Of a stretch of 64,000 nucleotides of DNA, positions 36,301 through 45,198 are shown in pieces. The stretch covers positions 64,001 through 128,000 of the IMG/VR virus record IMGVR_UViG_3300033145_000192; one strand, 5' to 3'. The notes under the pieces are model-generated. The model saw nothing but the letters and a program-made list of their open reading frames with translations. It searched no databases and had not been told where the DNA came from. Positions within the stretch are counted from its first letter, which is position 1, and every line of letters starts with the position of its first letter. This DNA comes from a virus. The position numbers and the translations under genes are program-made.

Positions 36301-37338
36301 TTAGTCAGCAAGAAGTTCTTTGGTTTGCTTGATGATTCCATCTCTAAACTCCTTGTTGTTCCTAATTAGGTCCAACATAAATGCTTCGCGCTTCCTGACT
36401 CCCTCTGGATTCTCCTCGTTAACGAGGGTATACCAGCCCTTGTTGTAGTCAATGATACATAGGTCTCTAGCTAACTGTAGTAGGTCGAGTCCCTTGTCAA
36501 TTCCATGACCATACATAATCGGAACTGATACTTCCCTAAATGGCCTAGCCATGTTGTTCTTCATAACACGACAAATGGTCATCTGGCCAACGATATCACC
36601 CTTAGCATCCTTGATGAGATGAGAGTTCAGTCTCTTCAGCCTAACGATTTGTGATGCCATGTCACCAACAGCCTTACCACCCTTCTTGGTGTCACCAGAG
36701 GCGTAGGGATTTAGATTGGATGTCAGGTGAGAGATAAACAGGATGGTGCAGCGGTTTCTTTCCGCTGGACCAAGCGTCTTTCTGACCATCTTCCAACACA
36801 AGCGAGCTACCAATCCCATTGTTTGCTTCTCTGCACCCTCTGCATCCTCAACTTCTGGAAGCATGGCAGTGATGCTATCAAACACAACGAGACAGCCTGG
36901 GACCTCCGTTACGCACTTATGGACCATGTTTACCGCTTCTTCGCCGGTATCTGGTCTAATACGCACGAACATCTTTCTGGCCTCAGCCTTCTTCAGTCCA
37001 CGAATCATATTGATTTGGGACTCACGCAGCTTACGCTCAACATCGAAATAGAATACTGGCTTGCCCATCTGAATGGCATTTGCCGCAACTTCTAGAGCGA
37101 ATGTGCTCTTGCCAGTTGAGTGGTCACCGTAGATTTCATTAGCGGACCCTTCGATGAACGGAACACCGAGGGCCCAATCTAGCTTGACGGAACCAGTAGA
37201 AATGGACGCAAGGTCGCCGTCCTTGATGTCTGGTCCGACACAGACTTTGCCGGACCACTCCTTGAAAATGCTCTCCTGAAAGCCAATGATATCCTCAAGG
37301 CTTAGGGGCTTAGTGCTTAGGTCTTTTTTCTTCGCCAT
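36301..37338 (-). CDS. recA: RecA/UvsX-like recombinase
   Basis: ISTGS..LDWALG, EIYGDHSTGKST, FDVE, VVFDSI.AM, LFISH, GGKA, KNNM..PF. Confidence 0.9.
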   Translation of the reverse strand: MAKKKDLSTKPLSLEDIIGFQESIFKEWSGKVCVGPDIKDGDLASISTGSVKLDWALGVPFIEGSANEIYGDHSTGKSTFALEVAANAIQMGKPVFYFDVERKLRESQINMIRGLKKAEARKMFVRIRPDTGEEAVNMVHKCVTEVPGCLVVFDSITAMLPEVEDAEGAEKQTMGLVARLCWKMVRKTLGPAERNRCTILFISHLTSNLNPYASGDTKKGGKAVGDMASQIVRLKRLNSHLIKDAKGDIVGQMTICRVMKNNMARPFREVSVPIMYGHGIDKGLDLLQLARDLCIIDYNKGWYTLVNEENPEGVRKREAFMLDLIRNNKEFRDGIIKQTKELLAD

Positions 37339-37724
37339 TAAGAGTCTGCTCTGGCGTCAATCTTGAGTCTCTTGGCTCTCAGTTTCTTGCTGCCTGTATC
37401 AAGTAGGGTGGACAGCGGAATATCGAACTGCTCTGCCATAAGGAATGCCACGTTAATGACATCTCCCAACTCTTCTGTCATGCGGCCTAGTGGCGAAACA
37501 CCGGCATCGCGGAGCTTCTTTACCTTCCTGCGGCTACCCTGTTGTGCCAGGATGGCCTCAGAAAGCTCGCCAACCTCTTCTGACAACTTCGTCATGTAAT
37601 ACAGCTTGTTGTTTGGCCTATGGCGGTTCTTCCTGTAGGTCTCAAGCTCATCAATGTATGTGGCCATGTGAAGGGCGGTCTTGGTCTTTTCCTCTAGGTT
37701 GGGCTTAAATGCTTCGTTTCTCAT
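37338..37724 (-). CDS. MazG-like nucleotide pyrophosphohydrolase
   Basis: KLSEEVGELSEAI..EELGDV (ExxE..ExxD). Confidence 0.85.
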   Translation of the reverse strand: MRNEAFKPNLEEKTKTALHMATYIDELETYRKNRHRPNNKLYYMTKLSEEVGELSEAILAQQGSRRKVKKLRDAGVSPLGRMTEELGDVINVAFLMAEQFDIPLSTLLDTGSKKLRAKRLKIDARADS

Positions 37725-38157
37725 TCGAGAACTCCTCTAATCTTTCAAATAGCCCCAGTGGCTTCGGGGCCGGTTTTCTATCTGTTCTAAGGTCATCAAC
37801 ATCTTCAGCTACTTCTGGTTTCACTGGGGATGTGTCTTTTAATTCTGCCAGTCGTTCTTTCCTTTCCTTAATCCGTTGAAGCAAGAACTCCACCTTGGCG
37901 TAATCGGTCCAGGTGGTGATATGATTTTCCATGGCAATCAAAAGCACAGCAGGCTCGCCGTATTTCTTGATGAATTTACGGCAAGCCTGTATTTCTCGAC
38001 GGTATCGGAATTTGTATCTGTGTGTTTGCCAGAATTTGGCTGGAAGGCGTAGCCCGTGATTGTCTCGCAAGAACGCAAGCTCTACAAGGTAATTGGAGCA
38101 GTCCTGCTTTGTTCCGGGCGTGCTCAGGGAATTGAATCTAGCTTTTCTTTTCGCCAT
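37705..38157 (-). CDS. Hypothetical protein, first gene of the replication operon
   Basis: 150-aa ORF with an AAGGAG RBS directly downstream of the promoter. Confidence 0.6.
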   Translation of the reverse strand: MAKRKARFNSLSTPGTKQDCSNYLVELAFLRDNHGLRLPAKFWQTHRYKFRYRREIQACRKFIKKYGEPAVLLIAMENHITTWTDYAKVEFLLQRIKERKERLAELKDTSPVKPEVAEDVDDLRTDRKPAPKPLGLFERLEEFSNEKRSI

Positions 38158-38217
38158 TTGCTTTCTCCTTCAGTCTGCACGCTTTGTTTTCGCTCTACGC
38201 TTGTTCCCACTAGAAGT

Positions 38218-38246
38218 AGTATAGTGCGAAGAAGCCGATGGGTCAA
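38218..38246 (-). promoter_or_regulatory. Sigma70-type promoter for the replication operon
   Basis: Minus strand TTGACC-17 nt-TATACT at the structural/replication module boundary. Confidence 0.75.
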
Positions 38247-38253
38247 GGCTGAA

Positions 38254-40920
38254 TCAATCACCGAAGGTTACTAGCCCTCCAGCAGCCTTTCCGCCTTCCT
38301 TCAATCCCATTCCCTGATTGCCGTCAGTGCCCTGTAGGCCAATCTCAGGACGAGGCTGAGTCGTGCCCTCTGGGTTAGTGTCATCGCTAGGTCCAGTATC
38401 ACTGCCAGTTCCGCCACTTGTGCTCTTACCAGAGCTTCCGCCCTTACACGTAATGAGCTTTGGCTTACCGGAACATGGGTCGTGAAGCAGGATAATGCCG
38501 CAGTCGGGTGGGTCTGGAGGTGGAACTTTAGGTTCTCTTGGAACGGTGCCAGGAGTTTGGCCTCCACCGGCCACTGACCCAGGCCCACTCTTACCGCCGC
38601 CTGTAGTAGAACCACCTCCGGTATCAGGTGGGTCATCTGGAGTATCGGTTCCACCCTTACCAGTTCCTCCGCCAGTGCTAGCATCTTGCTCAACTGTAGG
38701 AGCGGTGGCTGTTGTTGGTGTTACCGATGTTGCACCAAGCTCATTTAGCTGTTCGTTAATAGCACCGACTGTTTCAGCAGTGGCATCGTTAAATGCACCA
38801 GCTAGGCCATTCAGTGCTGCCTGTTGTTTCTTATGACCTTCACCGACAGCGTCATCAACATCCTTTGGAGTGGCAAAACCATCTTGGCCATTAACGAGTC
38901 CGATATCATCAATGCCACCATCTCCACCAGTTAGCTCATTGACCAATGAATCGAGTGCCGCCTTATTCTTCTTGCAACAATCCTCTGCACTCTCCTGTGC
39001 TTCCTTATCACCTCCAAGTGCATTTTCGGCATCGTCAAGTGCTTCATCTGCGTTTGCGTTTGCTTCCTCTTGCTGGTCCTTTGCAGCCTTCTCCTCATCA
39101 GTTGGATGTGGTGGACCAGCCTTTCCTTGCTCGTCTTCCCAATCCTTCTTAGCATCTTCTGCTTCCTGCTGGCCCTCTCTCGCTTCCTCAACCGTATCGG
39201 TCGCAGTCGCTCTAGCAGCTTCAGCGGTTTCTTGTGCAGCATCATCTACTCTCTGTGCTGCATCCTTCTTTGCTCTAGCATCTGCCGATGTTTCGCCAGC
39301 TTCGGCCAAAGCAGCTTCAGCATCTCTCGCATCTCTTCTCGCGTTCATTCTATCAGCGGAACTCAAATCCTGGTCCGCAGCCCTCGCTTCAGCATCATTT
39401 AGTGCTGCATGAGCGGTTTCAACTGCATCATATGCCTCAGAATATTCTGCATTAGCATCTGCTAGGTCATCTGATGTTTCGTTAGCATAATCAGTGGCGG
39501 TCTTTACGGTATCCAAAGCCTCTTCAACTTTGAATAGGTCTTGTCCGTATTCAGCCTGCTTCAGCCACGCTTCATCCTTTGCTGAATCAAGTGCTTCATT
39601 TCCACTGTCACCAATGGCATCAATCGAGTCAGCAGCCTCACTTACCTCTTCGGCCACGTCACCCATCTTCGCTGCGGCACCTCCTAGTTTCCCTGGGTCG
39701 TTTGTTCCGCCCTTTGCAAAACCGTGGAGCTTTAGAATCAACTCACATACTTCGCAAATCTTACGAGCAAGCGAGATGTCATTAGTGAATGTGCGGTCCC
39801 AATAAATCTTCTCGGTTCCGCTACAGATGTCGTGCTGGACTACTGGAGACCATACGCCACCTTCGAACTTCATCTCTCCAATGATATCTACCTTTGGATT
39901 GTATGGGTTCTTGGTGAAGTTAATTGGACCGTCCCTGGTCATATCCATATGGAACCAGACTTCAGTCTTAAGTTCGATGGTAGACATGGATGTGGTTTCG
40001 CTACCGCATGTTACTGGACAGGTTGGAGTTCTGTGAATGAGGAATATATCAGCCATCGCGCCAGCACACTTATAGTCGTCATCATACCACTTGTGAAGCA
40101 GGGTGGTGCAAATCTCAGCAGATGTAATCCTGTCTGTGTTATCTCCAATGACACCAGCAAAGTCGCAAGTTTTTCTTACCCACCAGGCTTGCTCTAGGCG
40201 ACCCTTCAAAAATGGGAATCCACACGTAGTATCTGAATTTGTCGCAAAGACAAGTGTCCCTTCGTTCTTCCAGCTTAGTGGCTGGTCAACGATTAGGTCA
40301 TTGAATGCTCTCCAGCAATGTCTCTTGCTGTCCCATCGCATATCAACTGGGCCAAACTTCCAGCTTGAAGCGTCTAGCTTGTGCTCATCGTCATTTTTTC
40401 GTTTATCCACTGGGTCTGGGTCAGTTGGTCGTATACCAATTGACTTGCCCCAGCCAGCCATTTGAATAGGCCCACGCACACCAATACTACGCACCTCGTC
40501 GTAATTGGATACCTTCGCCTCACCCCTAGCAGTCTTTACCTTGTTCTTCGAAACCAGAAATTGAATTTGTTGATTTCCACCCGGACTCTCATAGAGATTA
40601 AGATTCTCTCCAGTCGGGATTCCAGCAAATGCACCACCAAGGTCAGCAGCATTCCATGCTGCACTAGTCATCTCCCAGCCAGGAAGGAGCGTGAGGAAGG
40701 AGTCCATAGATGCGCCAAATGTCGCGCCCCATGCATCGTCACTATAACCAAATGCTCCAGGTGGAGTTGGCGTAATAAGCATAGGAGGGCCATCTAGGGT
40801 TTTCTTGCCATTAGACGTTCCAGTTACCCTACTAGCCTCTTGGCCAGAAAGTGCGTATGTCTGGATTGGATAGTTCTTTTTCTTTAGCCTATCCTTATTC
40901 CTTACTTCTTTCCTAGTCAA
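38254..40920 (-). CDS. Putative virion tail-tip protein with acidic coiled coil and Gly/Thr/Pro-rich tail
   Basis: Last gene of the tail module; likely TTG start at 40920 after GGAGG; long A/D/E-rich helical segment followed by G/T/P low complexity. Confidence 0.5.
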   Translation of the reverse strand: MTRKEVRNKDRLKKKNYPIQTYALSGQEASRVTGTSNGKKTLDGPPMLITPTPPGAFGYSDDAWGATFGASMDSFLTLLPGWEMTSAAWNAADLGGAFAGIPTGENLNLYESPGGNQQIQFLVSKNKVKTARGEAKVSNYDEVRSIGVRGPIQMAGWGKSIGIRPTDPDPVDKRKNDDEHKLDASSWKFGPVDMRWDSKRHCWRAFNDLIVDQPLSWKNEGTLVFATNSDTTCGFPFLKGRLEQAWWVRKTCDFAGVIGDNTDRITSAEICTTLLHKWYDDDYKCAGAMADIFLIHRTPTCPVTCGSETTSMSTIELKTEVWFHMDMTRDGPINFTKNPYNPKVDIIGEMKFEGGVWSPVVQHDICSGTEKIYWDRTFTNDISLARKICEVCELILKLHGFAKGGTNDPGKLGGAAAKMGDVAEEVSEAADSIDAIGDSGNEALDSAKDEAWLKQAEYGQDLFKVEEALDTVKTATDYANETSDDLADANAEYSEAYDAVETAHAALNDAEARAADQDLSSADRMNARRDARDAEAALAEAGETSADARAKKDAAQRVDDAAQETAEAARATATDTVEEAREGQQEAEDAKKDWEDEQGKAGPPHPTDEEKAAKDQQEEANANADEALDDAENALGGDKEAQESAEDCCKKNKAALDSLVNELTGGDGGIDDIGLVNGQDGFATPKDVDDAVGEGHKKQQAALNGLAGAFNDATAETVGAINEQLNELGATSVTPTTATAPTVEQDASTGGGTGKGGTDTPDDPPDTGGGSTTGGGKSGPGSVAGGGQTPGTVPREPKVPPPDPPDCGIILLHDPCSGKPKLITCKGGSSGKSTSGGTGSDTGPSDDTNPEGTTQPRPEIGLQGTDGNQGMGLKEGGKAAGGLVTFGD

Positions 40921-43219
40921 AGCTACCTGCTCCTCCGGAGGTTGCAGAAGTGTTGGAACTTCCACGACCACCAAGCTGTCTTGAAATCGTTGTTCTGTGT
41001 CTTTCGATGAACTCAACCGTATTCTGAGGTAGAGTTCTAGCCCCACCTCTTCTAGCGAACAAACTGAGCGAAGCTAGTTCCCCTCTACTAAGTTCACCGA
41101 AGCGCCTCAAGAAGCTAGAAAGCCTATACGTGGTTGTTACCTGGCCTTGCAAGCCAATTGAGATGTCGTTAATGTTTGAGTTCTGACCAATTGATTCACC
41201 GATTGAGTAAAGCGGGAAGCCTTCAATCGTAACATCTGCACTCTCTACAGTCTTCACTTTGCTTGACGAGTTGTCAACCTTAAGTTGCATAGCATCGAGC
41301 ATTACAGTAAAGCCACCAAACTCCCATGGAGCAAAGCCATCATCCTGTGTGATGTCAAGACGACCCTGTGAATCCTTGTCGATGTTACTGGCAAACACTG
41401 GTCCATATCTCGTAAACCTAGACCTAGTAGGGACATAGACATACACTGGCTGATATACCTTGGCATGGACTTCAGAATATGCTCCCTCTGTGCCATGCAT
41501 ATGTCCACGCATTTGACGTGTAGACTTGGCTTCGTCTCTAGTAGAACCAAACATTGTCTTGTGTGTTGTTCCTGTCGCACCAGATTCGATTTCTTCGGGA
41601 ATTTCCTGTGTTTCTGGGATGTAGTAAATGACTGGATTGTCAATCTTAACAATGTTTCCTTCTTCAATTGTAGCAGATACATACAGCTTGTTGTTCTTGA
41701 TGATATAGTCTGCCTTGTCTGCTTGAGTAAGCTGCTCATCAATATCAAACTGAGTCCTTAGTTCGAGTGGCAATGCCTGGGCTGCGTTCTCGCCCTTACC
41801 AAAAGCAAAGTAGCCACCAAATCCTACTACTCCACCAGGAGGAGGTGGAACTGTAAGCGCACCGCTATCCTCATACTGAACGTATGCACGAGTCTTGCCT
41901 TGACTGTTTCTAAAGTATTCGTTCGGGTCATTGTTGCCAGAGACGGTGTCCACGGTCCATGCGGCCTCAATGTAGTCAACATCTACTGCTTGCTGGAACA
42001 AGAATCTTTTGCCGTAAGTGGCTTCAGCAGCACCCTTTAGCTTTTCGTATATCTTGCCCTTCTTTGCAAAGTCCTCATCACTCTCTTCCAGTGCATCAAC
42101 ATCGACACCATTTTGAGTCTTTACGTCTGCACTGCTATCGCCGGTTACAGTAGGCTTTGCATTTAGACTCGACAAGCTGTAGCGAGAAAAATCCCCATTG
42201 GTCTTAACCCAATACTGCCAACCATCCTTTGTCCCCAATACAATCCTCATTTCCGCCTCGGTCATGAAGTATTTATTTGAGCCACCTTCATCAGACAGGT
42301 CAATTGGGTTGTTTGCCGCGCCAGTGATATTTAGTTGTCTCATCTGCTCTAGTGGAGCACCATACAGAACGGCACAAGCCAATTCGTTCCTAAGCTCATA
42401 TCCTCTTTTGGCACTGAGAATCAATCCAGAATGCGCTGCCAGGAAGTCATCTAGGGACAAATCTACATTATCGAATCTGCGGTCAATGACGTGAATCGTT
42501 ACATCAATGACATCGTCGGTCTTATTTCTCTCAGACGTGACATACCAATCAAAGGCGTAGCGTTGTGCAAGCTCCTGAACGAAATCCGCAAGAGACAATA
42601 GATTGGAGTTAATGCGGTGGCCAGTATCAACTGCTGCCGAAACCTCATCTAGATTGAACCTATACCTCTCACCGAATGCCTTTGGAACAATCGACGTTAC
42701 TTTGAACTCCCAGCCAACATCTGTAACTATGCCTCCAGTAAATGTCTTAGCAATCTTCTCATATGTCATTCCAGACTGGTTCCATCCAGACAGGTTGATT
42801 CCACTATTGTCGTAGTCGTCATATGCGCCAAACACATCGGCCAACGAACATCCAGTTTCATCTACTTCCTCTACTGCATTCCTGAAACCAGGAGCGATAA
42901 TCATTGGGATACTCTGCATAATCTCGCGTGGGTCTGAAACATTTACAGTAATCGCCCTGCCGGAGATATTTCTGACATCCTCATCATATCCAGTTACTAT
43001 ACCAGTGAATCTGAACCTAGAGCCAACCTGAATGGTAGTATATTCGCCCATCGCTGGTGCAGAAAATGTTACTTGTGGAGTGACATTTAAGTCCTCAACC
43101 AAAGTGACTTGGCATGAACTTGGTGACTGTTGTAAGCCAAGGCTTGATGAAACATGTATGACATATGCTCCGTAGAGCGTTACCGGATTGCCACCCAATC
43201 CTAAATCAGTAGCCGTCAT
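40913..43219 (-). CDS. Putative tail hub/baseplate-like structural protein
   Basis: Position downstream of the tape measure; beta-rich; VSSSLG....SSCQVTLVED N-terminus. Confidence 0.45.
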   Translation of the reverse strand: MTATDLGLGGNPVTLYGAYVIHVSSSLGLQQSPSSCQVTLVEDLNVTPQVTFSAPAMGEYTTIQVGSRFRFTGIVTGYDEDVRNISGRAITVNVSDPREIMQSIPMIIAPGFRNAVEEVDETGCSLADVFGAYDDYDNSGINLSGWNQSGMTYEKIAKTFTGGIVTDVGWEFKVTSIVPKAFGERYRFNLDEVSAAVDTGHRINSNLLSLADFVQELAQRYAFDWYVTSERNKTDDVIDVTIHVIDRRFDNVDLSLDDFLAAHSGLILSAKRGYELRNELACAVLYGAPLEQMRQLNITGAANNPIDLSDEGGSNKYFMTEAEMRIVLGTKDGWQYWVKTNGDFSRYSLSSLNAKPTVTGDSSADVKTQNGVDVDALEESDEDFAKKGKIYEKLKGAAEATYGKRFLFQQAVDVDYIEAAWTVDTVSGNNDPNEYFRNSQGKTRAYVQYEDSGALTVPPPPGGVVGFGGYFAFGKGENAAQALPLELRTQFDIDEQLTQADKADYIIKNNKLYVSATIEEGNIVKIDNPVIYYIPETQEIPEEIESGATGTTHKTMFGSTRDEAKSTRQMRGHMHGTEGAYSEVHAKVYQPVYVYVPTRSRFTRYGPVFASNIDKDSQGRLDITQDDGFAPWEFGGFTVMLDAMQLKVDNSSSKVKTVESADVTIEGFPLYSIGESIGQNSNINDISIGLQGQVTTTYRLSSFLRRFGELSRGELASLSLFARRGGARTLPQNTVEFIERHRTTISRQLGGRGSSNTSATSGGAGSFD

Positions 43220-43228
43220 TTACTTCTC

Positions 43229-45187
43229 CTATAGGTATAGCCACGAAACACTGCGCGTGAACACATTGGTTTGTCTGTTGAAACCGTAAGTGTCGGCAAT
43301 TTTGAATACCGCCGAGGATTCTGGCTTTTCACCTCTTGAATCATCAGTTGGTGTGTTGTTGATGATTATGTTCGATTCAGCCAAGCCTATATCTATTAGC
43401 AAGTTGCTATTTGTTGTGCTTCTTGTGCATGCATCTGTCTGTGTTTTCATCGTGAAGTTGATTGTCAATTGCTTTTGTTTTCCTGTAACCGTTTCTTGGT
43501 CCTGAAGAATCGGTCCACTAGCCTTGCCAGGGACTTGCATAACAGCAACTACGCTAGCTGGCAGCGTGTAGCTGACATCAATAGTTTCCTTCACAATGTT
43601 CTCGTTTTGTGTTAGGAATCTACTAGTGTAAGTCCTGCCATATGTGATTGTTCCGCCGAACTGATTATAGCCAAATGACCTTGACACTGGTTCGCTCAAT
43701 ACGCATGTTCCGGTTGGGACAATCTGCGCTACACGAGACGCAATAAGCGGCTCAACAGTTCCGTAGTATGCACCAGATGCATTTGCGAACCTGACACTGC
43801 TCTTTGTTCCGGTTTCTACTCCGTGGCCCTGGACCGTTCCATTGATAGTAACGGATGTTTCTGAAGAATCGGTCTGTTGCTGTCTGGATACCTCGTATGT
43901 TTCCGTCCATAGTGCAGTCGTTTGGTCCACGAATGCACGAGTTAGACTGAAGCTCTTAACCGCATCATCTCTTTGTGTGCTGACACTCATAAGGTTGCCA
44001 GACAATGATGCTGAGAATTCTGGCGTTGCGGAGTCAATTGGATAGTTATTCGCAAAACAGTATTGAACAACGGGTTCAATCGTAGCTGTGCTACCACGTC
44101 TAATTTGTGCAGATGTCGTTACGGTCTGAACAACGCTTCCATCTGCTCCTCGTTCTATGGACCTCGAAATAGAACGACCTTCGATGTCATCTCCGGATGG
44201 AATTGTGACAATCGTATACTGGATAGTTCCAGCGAATCTGTTATCTGTTCTAGCTTTGCTACCAATTCCTGTAGTTTCTCCGAATCCAATTGCAGGACTA
44301 ATTGTATTATCGAAAGCACTTACTGCATTTGCATACTTATCAAACGTAGTGTCGCCATATCCTTGAATGGAACCATTGACACTTAGAGTTTCTACTAGGG
44401 CCTCATTGGCGTCAAGCTCCCAAGAATGCTCGATTGTCCTGTCGTCCTTGTAGTTTCCAGAGGCAAGAATCCACGTCTCTGTTATGTCATACGCACCAGC
44501 GGTTAAATCACTATTCTCCTGCAACAAATGGTTGTAGTGCGATAGTGTGTTCACGTCCACCATAGCCTGGACATATGGCGCAACGACGAACGCGGCCTGT
44601 GTTTTGTCTAGCCCAACCCTGGTTAGAACAAAGTCCTTTGCGTTCTGGTTTGCTGTCTTGTTGAGTGATGGCTCGCTAAATCCTATGGCGTTTACTGTAT
44701 GCACAACTGAGACTGTATCGTCTATCTCTTGGTTGAATGCCCATGTCTCGTTGTATTCTCTTACCTTCTGGTTGAGTGAGAAGTCCTCCTCGAACTCAAA
44801 AATTACATTATACTTCCTGTGATGGACAATTTGGCTTTCCTCAAAGCTAAGGGACATAACCTTTGGCTTTATCGAAATGACTGGATAGCCGCTGGCATCA
44901 ACAATTAGCAAGTCCCCGTAATCCTCTGAGAGAGCGGAGTTTAGCTGGTCGCTCTTTCTGTCTAGAAGTTCAATGCATGATGCAGCATCTTGAACACCAG
45001 ATAGTGCTGGCATATCAGGAAGCAAGTATCCATTGAAGGTTAGAGTTGTAACGGCTCCAAGCCTAGTATCAGCAGTCTTTAGATATTCCTTAGACTCTGC
45101 TAGGAGAGGAACTGGTTCAAAGCAATATGTCGCACCATCGGATACCCTTGTGTAGAACATCCTTGTGCCTGAGTTGAAATCAACCAC
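43229..45187 (-). CDS. Putative distal tail structural protein
   Basis: Position in the tail module; repeated Thr/Ser-rich beta modules (..ETW, VNG.IQG.G occurs twice). Confidence 0.45.
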   Translation of the reverse strand: MVDFNSGTRMFYTRVSDGATYCFEPVPLLAESKEYLKTADTRLGAVTTLTFNGYLLPDMPALSGVQDAASCIELLDRKSDQLNSALSEDYGDLLIVDASGYPVISIKPKVMSLSFEESQIVHHRKYNVIFEFEEDFSLNQKVREYNETWAFNQEIDDTVSVVHTVNAIGFSEPSLNKTANQNAKDFVLTRVGLDKTQAAFVVAPYVQAMVDVNTLSHYNHLLQENSDLTAGAYDITETWILASGNYKDDRTIEHSWELDANEALVETLSVNGSIQGYGDTTFDKYANAVSAFDNTISPAIGFGETTGIGSKARTDNRFAGTIQYTIVTIPSGDDIEGRSISRSIERGADGSVVQTVTTSAQIRRGSTATIEPVVQYCFANNYPIDSATPEFSASLSGNLMSVSTQRDDAVKSFSLTRAFVDQTTALWTETYEVSRQQQTDSSETSVTINGTVQGHGVETGTKSSVRFANASGAYYGTVEPLIASRVAQIVPTGTCVLSEPVSRSFGYNQFGGTITYGRTYTSRFLTQNENIVKETIDVSYTLPASVVAVMQVPGKASGPILQDQETVTGKQKQLTINFTMKTQTDACTRSTTNSNLLIDIGLAESNIIINNTPTDDSRGEKPESSAVFKIADTYGFNRQTNVFTRSVSWLYL

Positions 45188-45198
45188 TTTGTCTCTCC

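Noticed and set aside
40913-41046. 134-nt overlap suggesting a frameshift fusion of two tail genes
   Set aside because: A TTG at 40920 with a GGAGG RBS gives an ordinary 8-nt overlap.
34024-43219. Stop-codon reassignment (TAG or TGA read-through)
   Set aside because: TAG (e.g. 34024, 40913) and TGA end full-length conserved genes, and coding density under the standard code is already near complete.
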